From Gammaproteobacteria bacterium (lineage in GTDB: Bacteria; Pseudomonadota; Gammaproteobacteria; Steroidobacterales; Rariloculaceae): DNA of 64,000 bases. Shown piece after piece: positions 46,489 to 53,979 of the stretch (within the stretch, counting starts at the first letter, position 1; each line of letters starts with the position of its first letter). The translations under genes and the position numbers were made by a program. The notes below the pieces were generated by a model. It was not told where the DNA came from. It ran no database searches and saw only the letters and a program-made list of their open reading frames with translations. Location of the stretch: assembly GCA_050485645.1 (NCBI GenBank), contig JBJHBT010000013.1, forward strand, positions 33,821 to 97,820, read 5' to 3'.

Positions 46489-46526
46489 GGCCGGTCAGCC
46501 GTTCGCGATGCGCGTGCTGACCGGCC
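46489..46526. terminator. 11-bp-stem hairpin between convergent genes
   Basis: GGCCGGTCAGC-n16-GCTGACCGGCC, followed by CCGTTTCGTTC. Confidence 0.45.
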
Positions 46527-46540
46527 CCGTTTCGTTCAGG

Positions 46541-47149
46541 TCAGGACTGCCCGGGCCAGCGCGTATCGATGGGCTGCTCCGGATCGGCGCTAATGCGCAG
46601 GTCCGCGCAGTGGTAGTAGGAGAACGTGCCTTCGCGCGTGCCGGGATGGTTCAGCATGAACTGGATCACCTGCAGTGTGCAGCGGTCGCAGTTGATGTTC
46701 GGCAGGTCCACGAAAGTCTCCAGCGTCTGCACCGGCCCCTCGGTGCGCGGCAGCAGGCCATCGGCCAGCACCGGAATTTCAGGCGGGTCCTGAATCGGTG
46801 CCGACAGTGAGCGCGGTCCCCGTTCGGTCTCGGTCATCGTTGCAGGCGGTTCCGGCGGCAGTTCTTCGCGCGAGTTTACCGCGAGCGCAACCCGGTAGTG
46901 ACCGGGATGGAACACCGTCTCCTGCACGAGGATGCGCAGCGGCTGGCCGCCCTGCGCCGCCGTGACGATGCCGCTGGGTGTGCCCGGATCCGCCGTCGTG
47001 CCGCCGCAGGGCGCGAGCTTCTGCGGATCGCCGAGGTTGTTGGTGATCAGCGAGGCGGGTGGCTCGACGAGCCGGAAATGAGCGCTGGCAAGCGGAATCG
47101 CCACTGCGGCGCAGCCGAAAGCCACGATGAGACGAGCAGCACGGTTCAT
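46541..47149 (-). CDS. Secreted protein with a predicted N-terminal His after signal cleavage (LPMO-like / His-brace candidate)
   Basis: GGGGG SD before ATG 47149. Signal MNRAARLIVAFGCAAVAIPLASA, then HFRLVEPP... A second His block FHPGHYRV and paired Cys residues. From memory it resembles the 'SCE4755 family polysaccharide monooxygenase-like' model. Confidence 0.7.
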   Translation of the reverse strand: MNRAARLIVAFGCAAVAIPLASAHFRLVEPPASLITNNLGDPQKLAPCGGTTADPGTPSGIVTAAQGGQPLRILVQETVFHPGHYRVALAVNSREELPPEPPATMTETERGPRSLSAPIQDPPEIPVLADGLLPRTEGPVQTLETFVDLPNINCDRCTLQVIQFMLNHPGTREGTFSYYHCADLRISADPEQPIDTRWPGQS

Positions 47150-47160
47150 CGATATCCCCC

Positions 47161-47202
47161 TTGAATTGAATCGCCTTGAATTGAATCGGTCAGTTGAATC
47201 GG
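47161..47202. repeat. AT-rich direct repeats TTGAATTGAATCG (x2) plus TTGAATCGG
   Basis: Copies at 47161-47173, 47176-47188 and 47194-47202, immediately upstream of the His-brace gene SD on the minus strand. Confidence 0.9.
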
Positions 47203-47226
47203 CCGGCAGATCCCGCCGATCATAAT

Positions 47227-47772
47227 TCACAACCGCGCATGCAGCCGCCCGAATCCGACGAAGTTGTCCCGATAGTACGGCTGGTCGAGGCTGAGAATCT
47301 CGACGGTGCGACCGTTGGTCGGCGCATGAACGAAGCGTCCGTCGCCCAGATAGATACCCACATGTGACACGGTACGCGTGAAGTTGAAGAACAGCAGATC
47401 GCCGGGCTCGGCTCTGCGGGGGCGTACCCGCAGGGCGGCTTGGTACTGTTCGCTGGCGGTGCGTGGCACGGCGATGCCGAGTTGCCGATAGGCGTACTGC
47501 ACCAGGCCGCTGCAGTCGAAGCCGCCGGGTGACGCGCCGCCGTAGCGGTAGGGGGTTCCCAGCATCGCCAGCGCATGACGCGCCATTTCGGTGCCGGTCC
47601 CGTTGCCGCGCAGCCGTGGCACCTCGGCCGGCGCCGGTGCACGCGTCACCGGTGGCTGCGGACGCGCGCCCTCATACACCGGCAGGCTGGATGCGCAGCC
47701 GCTCAGCAGTGCCACGGCGATCGCCGCAGTGGCTGCGCCACGCATCCCGGATACGGTTTTCAGTGCGGGCAT
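47227..47772 (-). CDS. NlpC/P60 (C40) peptidoglycan hydrolase lipoprotein
   Basis: Lipobox LLSGC, catalytic FDCSGLVQYAY, SHVGIYLGDGRFVHAP. Alternative start ATG 47745. Confidence 0.9.
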   Translation of the reverse strand: MPALKTVSGMRGAATAAIAVALLSGCASSLPVYEGARPQPPVTRAPAPAEVPRLRGNGTGTEMARHALAMLGTPYRYGGASPGGFDCSGLVQYAYRQLGIAVPRTASEQYQAALRVRPRRAEPGDLLFFNFTRTVSHVGIYLGDGRFVHAPTNGRTVEILSLDQPYYRDNFVGFGRLHARL

Positions 47773-47893
47773 CCCAGGTTTCCATCCACGGGCCGACCCT
47801 ACTTTGACACAAACGCGGCCGATACAGGGAGATCGGCATCACATCGGCGGTTGTCATGGGCCGCTTCGGCGCGAATTTTCTGATGCGCCTACA

Positions 47894-49039
47894 ATGGCCG
47901 CCGGACAACGGAGCAGGCGGAGAGCAGACAGCGTGATAGCGAAACGATCGAATCGACCGGGTGGCCGACTGCTGAAGGTGGAACACACATCCGCCATCCT
48001 TGCCGATAATCCGCTCGGCGATCCGCATGTGCGCCGGTTCGATGTGTGGCTGCCGCCGCAGTACGACCAGGCGCAGGGTCGTGGCCGCGGTCGCCGCTTC
48101 CCGGTGCTGTTCGATCTGGTTGGCTATGCGGGTGCCGGGCCCTCGCACACCAACTGGCGGAATTTCGACGAGAACGTGCCCGAGCGCGTCTCACGCCTGA
48201 TTCACGACAGACTGATGGCACCGTGCATTCTGGTGTTTCCGGACTGCTTCACGTCGCTGGGCGGCAATCAGTACATCAATTCCAGCGCGATCGGCGACTA
48301 CGCGGACTACCTCACGCGCGAGCTCATTCCTTTCATTGACGGCGAGTTCCGCACACAGGCGTCACGCGATCATCGCGGCTGCTTCGGCAAGTCCTCGGGT
48401 GGTTATGGCGCGATGCTGCACGGCATGAAGTACGCGCGATACTGGGGCGCAATCGGCAATCACTCCGGCGATGCGTACTTTGATTTCGTTTACCGCTGCG
48501 ACTGGCCGAACACGCTGGATGAACTTGCCAAACACCGCGGCCGCGAGCGACGCGAGGGCAGGGTGGACGTGGCCCGCGAAACGGCGAAGCTCACGCCCGG
48601 TTACGACGACGGCCGCGTGCGGCGCTTCCTGGAGCAGTTCTGGGGCAATCCCGCGCCATCCAGCGCCGATGTGCACTGTCTGATGAATCTGGCCATGGCG
48701 GCCACCTACGATCCGGACCCGGACGCACCCAACGGCTTTCAGCTGCCATTTGATCTGGAGACCGGTGAGCTGATTCCGCAGCGCTGGCGACAGTGGCTGC
48801 GCCATGATCCGATCAATCTGGTCAGCCGTCATGCAAAGTCTCTGAAGACGCTGCGCGGCATCTTCATCGACTGCGGCTGGCGCGACCAGTACCGCATTCA
48901 CTACGGGACGCGGCTGCTGTCTTTGCGACTGGCCGCTCAGGGTGTTCCGCATCGCTATGAGGAGTTCAACGGTACGCATTCGGGCATCGATCATCGCATG
49001 GACCACAGTCTGCCGTTCCTGGTTCGAGCGCTGCGCTAG
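47894..49039 (+). CDS. Esterase-family (esterase D / enterochelin-esterase-like) serine hydrolase
   Basis: PVLFDLVGY..., GCFGKSSGGYGA (GxSxG), later GDAYFD. Start uncertain (ATG 47894 or GTG 47934). The ORF upstream of 47772 is antisense to the NlpC/P60 gene. Confidence 0.8.
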   Translation: MAAGQRSRRRADSVIAKRSNRPGGRLLKVEHTSAILADNPLGDPHVRRFDVWLPPQYDQAQGRGRGRRFPVLFDLVGYAGAGPSHTNWRNFDENVPERVSRLIHDRLMAPCILVFPDCFTSLGGNQYINSSAIGDYADYLTRELIPFIDGEFRTQASRDHRGCFGKSSGGYGAMLHGMKYARYWGAIGNHSGDAYFDFVYRCDWPNTLDELAKHRGRERREGRVDVARETAKLTPGYDDGRVRRFLEQFWGNPAPSSADVHCLMNLAMAATYDPDPDAPNGFQLPFDLETGELIPQRWRQWLRHDPINLVSRHAKSLKTLRGIFIDCGWRDQYRIHYGTRLLSLRLAAQGVPHRYEEFNGTHSGIDHRMDHSLPFLVRALR

Positions 49040-49050
49040 CGACACTCCCG

Positions 49051-50082
49051 ATGACCGGCAAAGACTCCACGAGCAGCGGCACGCAGAGCCGGGCAACCGT
49101 GCAGGCGCCCTACGACGCGCTGGTGCCCGATGTGGTGCTGGAGTCCGTGGAGAACCGCGGTTTCTACTGTGACGGCCGCATTCTGGCACTAGGCAGCTAC
49201 GAGAATCGCGTCTATCAGATCGGCATCGAAGACGGTGAACCGCTGGTTGCGAAGTTCTATCGTCCCGGCCGCTGGAGCGATGACGCGATCCTCGAGGAGC
49301 ACGCGTTCTCGCTGGAGCTGGCGGCGCGCGAGATTCCGGTGGTGGCGCCGCTGGTGCTCGATGGCCGGACGCTGCACACCCACAAAGGTTTCCGCTATGC
49401 GCTGTTTCCGCGTCGCGGCGGCCACTGGCCGGAACTGGGCAACAGCGACGATCGCATCTGGATGGGCCGTTTCATCGGCCGCATCCATGCCGTGGGTGCA
49501 ACCGAGCCGTTCGCCGCGCGTGAATATCTGTCCATCGAACGGTTCGGGCATCAACCCGTGGCGCAGCTGCTGGCCAGCGATTTCATTCCGTCGCATCTGC
49601 TGGAGAGCTACCGCAGCACCACGGAAGACCTGCTCGACACCGTGGAGCAGCAGTGTGCCGATGTTGGTGAGATCAGGCTGCTGCGCATCCATGGCGACTG
49701 TCATCGAAGCAACGTGCTGTGGACCGATGACGGCCCGCATTTCGTGGACCTGGATGACTGCATGATGGGGCCCGCGGTACAGGATCTGTGGCTGTTTCTG
49801 GCGGGCGATCGCGGCGAGCGCGAAGTGCAGATGGCGGATCTGCTTGAAGGTTACGAGCAGTTTGCGTCATTCGACTACGCCGAACTTGGCCTGATCGAGC
49901 CGCTGCGCACCCTGCGCATGATTCACTACACGGCGTGGGTGGCGGGCCGCTGGAAAGATCCGGCGTTTCCGCGCGCGTTTCCGTGGCTGGGTGACTCGCG
50001 CTACTGGGAAGAGCACATCCTCAGTCTGAAGGAACAGCGTGCCGTGCTGAACGAGCCCGCGCTCTCGATCACGGCGCGATAG
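49051..50082 (+). CDS. srkA: Stress-response Ser/Thr kinase SrkA (RdoA/YihE)
   Basis: LGSYENRVYQIGIEDGEPLVAKFYRP, IHGDCHRSNVLW, FVDLDD. Confidence 0.9.
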   Translation: MTGKDSTSSGTQSRATVQAPYDALVPDVVLESVENRGFYCDGRILALGSYENRVYQIGIEDGEPLVAKFYRPGRWSDDAILEEHAFSLELAAREIPVVAPLVLDGRTLHTHKGFRYALFPRRGGHWPELGNSDDRIWMGRFIGRIHAVGATEPFAAREYLSIERFGHQPVAQLLASDFIPSHLLESYRSTTEDLLDTVEQQCADVGEIRLLRIHGDCHRSNVLWTDDGPHFVDLDDCMMGPAVQDLWLFLAGDRGEREVQMADLLEGYEQFASFDYAELGLIEPLRTLRMIHYTAWVAGRWKDPAFPRAFPWLGDSRYWEEHILSLKEQRAVLNEPALSITAR

Positions 50083-50094
50083 GGCGGAACATGA

Positions 50095-50134
50095 TCTGCG
50101 ATGGGGCAGGTTCATCTGCGGTGGGGCAGGTTCA
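50095..50134. repeat. 20-bp tandem direct repeat x2 (TCTGCG[A/G]TGGGGCAGGTTCA)
   Basis: Read directly. It lies between the convergent srkA and CitE-like genes, and its last 3 nt are the CitE-like stop codon. Confidence 0.9.
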
Positions 50135-51283
50135 GGGCACGCCGGCTTCTGTTTCCGCTTCCGCTTCCGCTTCCGCTTCCGCTTCCGCTTCCGCTTCCGC
50201 TCCCGCTTCCGCTTCCGCTCCCGCCGATGCCAGCACCGCGCGTGCGCGCTTCACCACCGGTATGTCGATGACATGACCATCCAGTGAGGTGGAGCCACGG
50301 CCTACCCGCTCCGCTGCCTGGAATGCGGCCACCACACGACGCGCCCATTCGATTTCTTCGCGACCGGGCGAGAAGGTTTCGTTGATCGCCCCCACCTGTG
50401 CCGGATGGATGGCGAACTTTCCCCTGAAGCCGGCCAGTCGCGCGGCCTGTCCGTCGTCGCGCAGGCCGGCCTCGTCACGAAACCGGAAGTAGGGTGTGTC
50501 CAGCGCCAGCACGTCGGCCGCGCGCGCGGCGATGCACAGAATCGAACGGGCTACCGCGAACTGCGCCTGGCCTTCCTGTCGTTCCACCGCCATGTCGTGT
50601 GCAAAATCCTCGCCGCCGAATGCGACCGCGACCACGCGTGCATGCGCGGCGCAGATCGCGTGCGCATGCACGATGCCGCGTGCGGTTTCGATCCACGGGA
50701 TGAGCCGCAGCGTGCCGTCGGCGATGCCCGCCCGGCGCTCGCAGCGCGACATCGTCGCCGTGATCGCGTGAATGTCGTCGGCACTTTCCACCTTGCCGAT
50801 GGAAATGCCGTAGACCCCCGGCACGACCATGGCGGCGACATCGTTCTCGAACCACTCGCTGCGCAGCGGATTCACTCGCGGTATCACCAAAGGTCCGGCC
50901 GATGTCTCGGCCATGGGTTCGGTCTTCGGTCCGGCTGGGGCGGTGCCCGGGGGAGATGCCGATGGTCGGGCGGCCAGCAGCCGCGGCAGGAAGTCACGGA
51001 TCGTCTCGCGCGCGGCGTGTTTCTCGCCATCGGGCACCGAGTCCTCCATGTCCGGCACCAGCGCATCGGCCGGGCAGGTGAGCGCGCGCGCCAGCATGTT
51101 GGCCTTGTTGCCGGGTACGAACAGCAGGCTGCGCAGCCGGGGCATCGGGGCTGCGTGAGTCGGGGTGCCCGCTGCCGCGGCGGCTGCCGCGGCCAGGTCG
51201 GCGGCGCCTGCCGCGCCGTCGGAGACGCTCGTGCTCGTGCTCGTGCTCGTGCTCTCGATATCGATACGTTGCCTGTCGGTCAT
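50132..51283 (-). CDS. CitE/HpcH-HpaI-family (citryl/malyl-CoA lyase-like) protein with low-complexity termini
   Basis: LRSLLFVPGNK, VPDMEDSVPD, GGEDFA... core. C-terminal (EA)n tail. If ATG 51283 is used there is also an N-terminal (ST)n/poly-Ala. The alternative canonical start is ATG 51145 (MPRLRSLLFVPG). Confidence 0.8.
   Translation of the reverse strand: MTDRQRIDIESTSTSTSTSVSDGAAGAADLAAAAAAAAGTPTHAAPMPRLRSLLFVPGNKANMLARALTCPADALVPDMEDSVPDGEKHAARETIRDFLPRLLAARPSASPPGTAPAGPKTEPMAETSAGPLVIPRVNPLRSEWFENDVAAMVVPGVYGISIGKVESADDIHAITATMSRCERRAGIADGTLRLIPWIETARGIVHAHAICAAHARVVAVAFGGEDFAHDMAVERQEGQAQFAVARSILCIAARAADVLALDTPYFRFRDEAGLRDDGQAARLAGFRGKFAIHPAQVGAINETFSPGREEIEWARRVVAAFQAAERVGRGSTSLDGHVIDIPVVKRARAVLASAGAEAEAGAEAEAEAEAEAEAEAETEAGVP
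50145..50222. repeat. Hexanucleotide array, 13 units of GCTTCC-like repeat (7 perfect, 50157-50198)
   Basis: In frame on the minus strand as (GAA GCG)n, giving the (Glu-Ala)n C-terminal tail of the CitE-like protein. Confidence 0.95.
51227..51250. repeat. Hexanucleotide repeat (GCTCGT)x4
   Basis: The minus strand reads (ACG AGC)n = (Thr-Ser)n if translated from ATG 51283. Otherwise it lies in the 5' leader. Confidence 0.9.
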
Positions 51284-51412
51284 GCTGTCTGCTCGGTCGG
51301 GAATCGCTCGGAGGTTGGTCGGGTGCTCGGGAGCCGCTGGGCACGGCGCCACGCCGTACCGGCCACGCCGTCGCGGACGAAAGCGGAGAATAGCCCAGTC
51401 GGGCGGATTGGT

Positions 51413-51440
51413 GCTCGCCGCTCGCCGCTCGCCGCTCACC
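51413..51440. repeat. Heptanucleotide repeat (GCTCGCC x3 plus GCTCACC)
   Basis: Read directly, in the divergent intergenic region between the CitE-like and SDR genes. Confidence 0.9.
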
Positions 51441-51471
51441 GCCGGTCGGTGACGGCCGTCCGAGACGGCTT

Positions 51472-51497
51472 CGCGATGGCCGCTACGCGATGGCCGC
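51472..51497. repeat. 12-bp direct repeat CGCGATGGCCGC x2, offset 14 nt
   Basis: Copies at 51472-51483 and 51486-51497, about 120 nt upstream of the SDR start. Confidence 0.85.
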
Positions 51498-51615
51498 CGC
51501 GGCCGGTTTGCCCGCCCGGAGCCACGCCTATACAGTGCCGGGGTACGGGATGCGGCTGCCCGCCGCGCACGCTGACTGCCTTTCGCCGCCCCGCTACCGC
51601 ACGGAGGGAAACGAC

Positions 51616-52563
51616 ATGTCGCACAGAGCCCTACGATCCACATCGCTGTCGGGCATCGTGGCCGCCTGCCTGCTGGCGTTGGCCGTGATGCCGGCAGCCG
51701 CTGTCGCCGACGATGCCGACGATCCGTCACGGGACTGGGCCGATGTCAGGCTGGATGGTCAGGTGGCACTGGTCACCGGTTCCACCAGTGGCCTCGGCCA
51801 TGAGGTAGCGTTACGCCTGGCGGCCATGGGCGCAACCGTGATCGTGCACGGCCGCAACGAACAGCGTGGCCGCGAAGTTGTGGACGAGATAACCGCCGCG
51901 GGCGGCGAAGCCGCGTTCTATCGTGCCGACCTGGCTTCGCTGGCCGAAACACGCGCGCTGGCGGAGGCGGTGCTGGCGGACTTCGACCGGCTGGACCTGC
52001 TGATCAACAACGCCGGTATCTCCGGTGCGCAGGGCGGTGGTGAACGCATGCTCACCGATGATGGCCACGAGCTGGTGTTCCAGGTGAACTACCTGTCGCA
52101 CTTCCTGCTCACGCACAGGCTGCTGCCGAGGCTGGAAGAGAGCGCGCCGGCGCGCATCGTCAGTGTCGCGTCGGTGGGGCAGCGCGCGCTGGACTTCGAC
52201 GACCTGATGATGGACAGCGACTATTCCAGCGGCCGCGCCTATTCGCAGAGCAAACTGGCGCAGATCATGATGACCTATGAGATGGCCGCAGATCTGGAGC
52301 CGCGCGGCATCGTTATTTCGGCGCTGCATCCGGCCACGTTCATGCCCACGCGCATGATGGGACCGGGACGCCAGGCATTGAGTACCATCGATGACGGCGC
52401 AACGGCGGTGATGCAGCTGGCGGTATCACCGGCGCTGGCCGATGCCACCGGGGTCTACTACAACAGCCTCGAGCACGCGCAGGCCAATGCGCAGGCCTAC
52501 GACGACGAAGCCCGCGCACGGCTGTATCGCGAGAGCCTGCGACTCACCGGCCTGGCGAACTGA
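51616..52563 (+). CDS. Exported short-chain dehydrogenase/reductase
   Basis: GGAGGGA SD before ATG 51616. Signal peptide, TGSTSGLGHE (TGxxxGxG), NNAG, YSQSK (YxxxK). Confidence 0.88.
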   Translation: MSHRALRSTSLSGIVAACLLALAVMPAAAVADDADDPSRDWADVRLDGQVALVTGSTSGLGHEVALRLAAMGATVIVHGRNEQRGREVVDEITAAGGEAAFYRADLASLAETRALAEAVLADFDRLDLLINNAGISGAQGGGERMLTDDGHELVFQVNYLSHFLLTHRLLPRLEESAPARIVSVASVGQRALDFDDLMMDSDYSSGRAYSQSKLAQIMMTYEMAADLEPRGIVISALHPATFMPTRMMGPGRQALSTIDDGATAVMQLAVSPALADATGVYYNSLEHAQANAQAYDDEARARLYRESLRLTGLAN

Positions 52564-52721
52564 AGTCGTCGGGCGGGCAGTCCGCGTCGTCACCTGCTCC
52601 GGCATGGCTATTGTGATGCGCCACGCATCTACCTACCATTGGCGCCCGCAACGGACCGCCAGTGCGGACGCGGCTATCGCCGCGCCGCCGCGGGGTGTCA
52701 ATCATCCAGGATTACTGCACC

Positions 52722-53921
52722 GTGCTTGAAACACTGAAGCCTCTCCCGCCGGATGCCATTCTCGGCATCATGACCCTGTTCCGCGCCGATACGGCGGCCC
52801 ACAAGGTCGACCTCAGCGTTGGCGTGTATCAGGACGATTCCGGTCTGACACCGGTGCTGGACTGTGTGCGCCGGGCGGAAAAGGCGGTGCTCGAAGACCA
52901 GAAGTCCAAGACCTACGTTGCGATCTCCGGTAACGCCGGGTTCAACAGCGGTATCGAGAAACTGCTGGTCGGCGCGGATCACGCGGTGCTGCGCGACCGT
53001 CGCGTGGCCACGGTGCAGGCGCCGGGTGGCAGCGGCGGCATCAGTGTCGCCGGGCACCTGATCCGCCGGGCGCGACCGGATGCGCACGTCTACCTGAGTG
53101 AACCGTCATGGCCCAATCATGTGCCGCTGCTGAAGCTGTCCGGGCTGGAGCTGCGGAGCTATCCGTACTATGACGCCGCCGCGCATGGCGTGGACTTCGA
53201 TGCCATGTGCGCGAAGCTGGAGCAGGCGCGCGCCGGCGACGTCGTGCTGCTGCACGGCTGCTGCCACAACCCGTGTGGCGCGGATCTGTCGCCACGGCAG
53301 TGGTCCGACCTCGCCGACCTGTTCCTGCGCCGTGGTCTGGTGCCGTTCATCGATCTTGCGTATCTGGGACTGGCTGAAGGACTCGAAGCCGATGCGGTCG
53401 GCGTGCGCGTGATGGCCGAACGGCTGCCGGAAGTGATCGTGGTGGTGTCGTGCTCGAAAAACTTCGGCCTGTATCGCGAACGTGTCGGCGCGGTCAGTGT
53501 GGTGTCAGGCAGTCCCGAAAACGCGGCCGCCGTGTTCAGCAACCTGTCGAACATCGCGCGCAGCATCTATTCGATGCCGCCCGATCATGGTGCCGCGATC
53601 GTCGATCGCGTGCTGCACGACGCGGAGCTGGAAGCGCTGTGGCTGAAGGAACTGGGTGAGATGCGTGCCCGCATCAACGGCCTGCGTGCGCTGCTGGTAC
53701 GCAGGCTCAACGAACGTGGCGTGGACCGCGATTTCTCCTTTATAGAAAAGGAGCGCGGCATGTTCTCGTTCCTGGGCATCAGCCGCGAGCAGGTGGTCAG
53801 GCTGCGCGAGGAATTTCATGTCTATATGGTGGAATCCAGCCGTGTGAACATCGCCGGCATCAATTCGGCCAATGTCGACTATGTGGCCGATTCGATCGCG
53901 GCGGTGCTGAAGTCCGGCTGA
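52722..53921 (+). CDS. Aspartate/aromatic amino-acid aminotransferase (AspC/TyrB class I)
   Basis: GTG 52722 gives VLETLKPLPPDAILGI... PLP-Lys block SCSKNFGLYRERVG. Length 399 aa. Confidence 0.92.
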   Translation: MLETLKPLPPDAILGIMTLFRADTAAHKVDLSVGVYQDDSGLTPVLDCVRRAEKAVLEDQKSKTYVAISGNAGFNSGIEKLLVGADHAVLRDRRVATVQAPGGSGGISVAGHLIRRARPDAHVYLSEPSWPNHVPLLKLSGLELRSYPYYDAAAHGVDFDAMCAKLEQARAGDVVLLHGCCHNPCGADLSPRQWSDLADLFLRRGLVPFIDLAYLGLAEGLEADAVGVRVMAERLPEVIVVVSCSKNFGLYRERVGAVSVVSGSPENAAAVFSNLSNIARSIYSMPPDHGAAIVDRVLHDAELEALWLKELGEMRARINGLRALLVRRLNERGVDRDFSFIEKERGMFSFLGISREQVVRLREEFHVYMVESSRVNIAGINSANVDYVADSIAAVLKSG

Positions 53922-53979
53922 TATCCGGCGCGGCCTGCCAGGGGGCTGCCGGCCTGGCGGCTGACTCGGCCGTCAGGTA

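Noticed and set aside
50145-50222. The regular short-repeat array considered as a possible CRISPR or other spaced-repeat locus.
   Set aside because: The units are 6 bp, contiguous and without spacers. They are in frame with the CitE-like ORF and no cas genes are present.
51284-51730. The 149-codon upstream extension of the CitE-like ORF. The analogous upstream extensions of 47591-47893 (esterase), 51490-51615 (SDR), 57246-57341 (gpx) and 57713-57829 (DUF2891) were treated the same way.
   Set aside because: The extensions are basic and low-complexity, or overlap neighbouring genes. Internal starts with an SD and family-typical N-termini are available.
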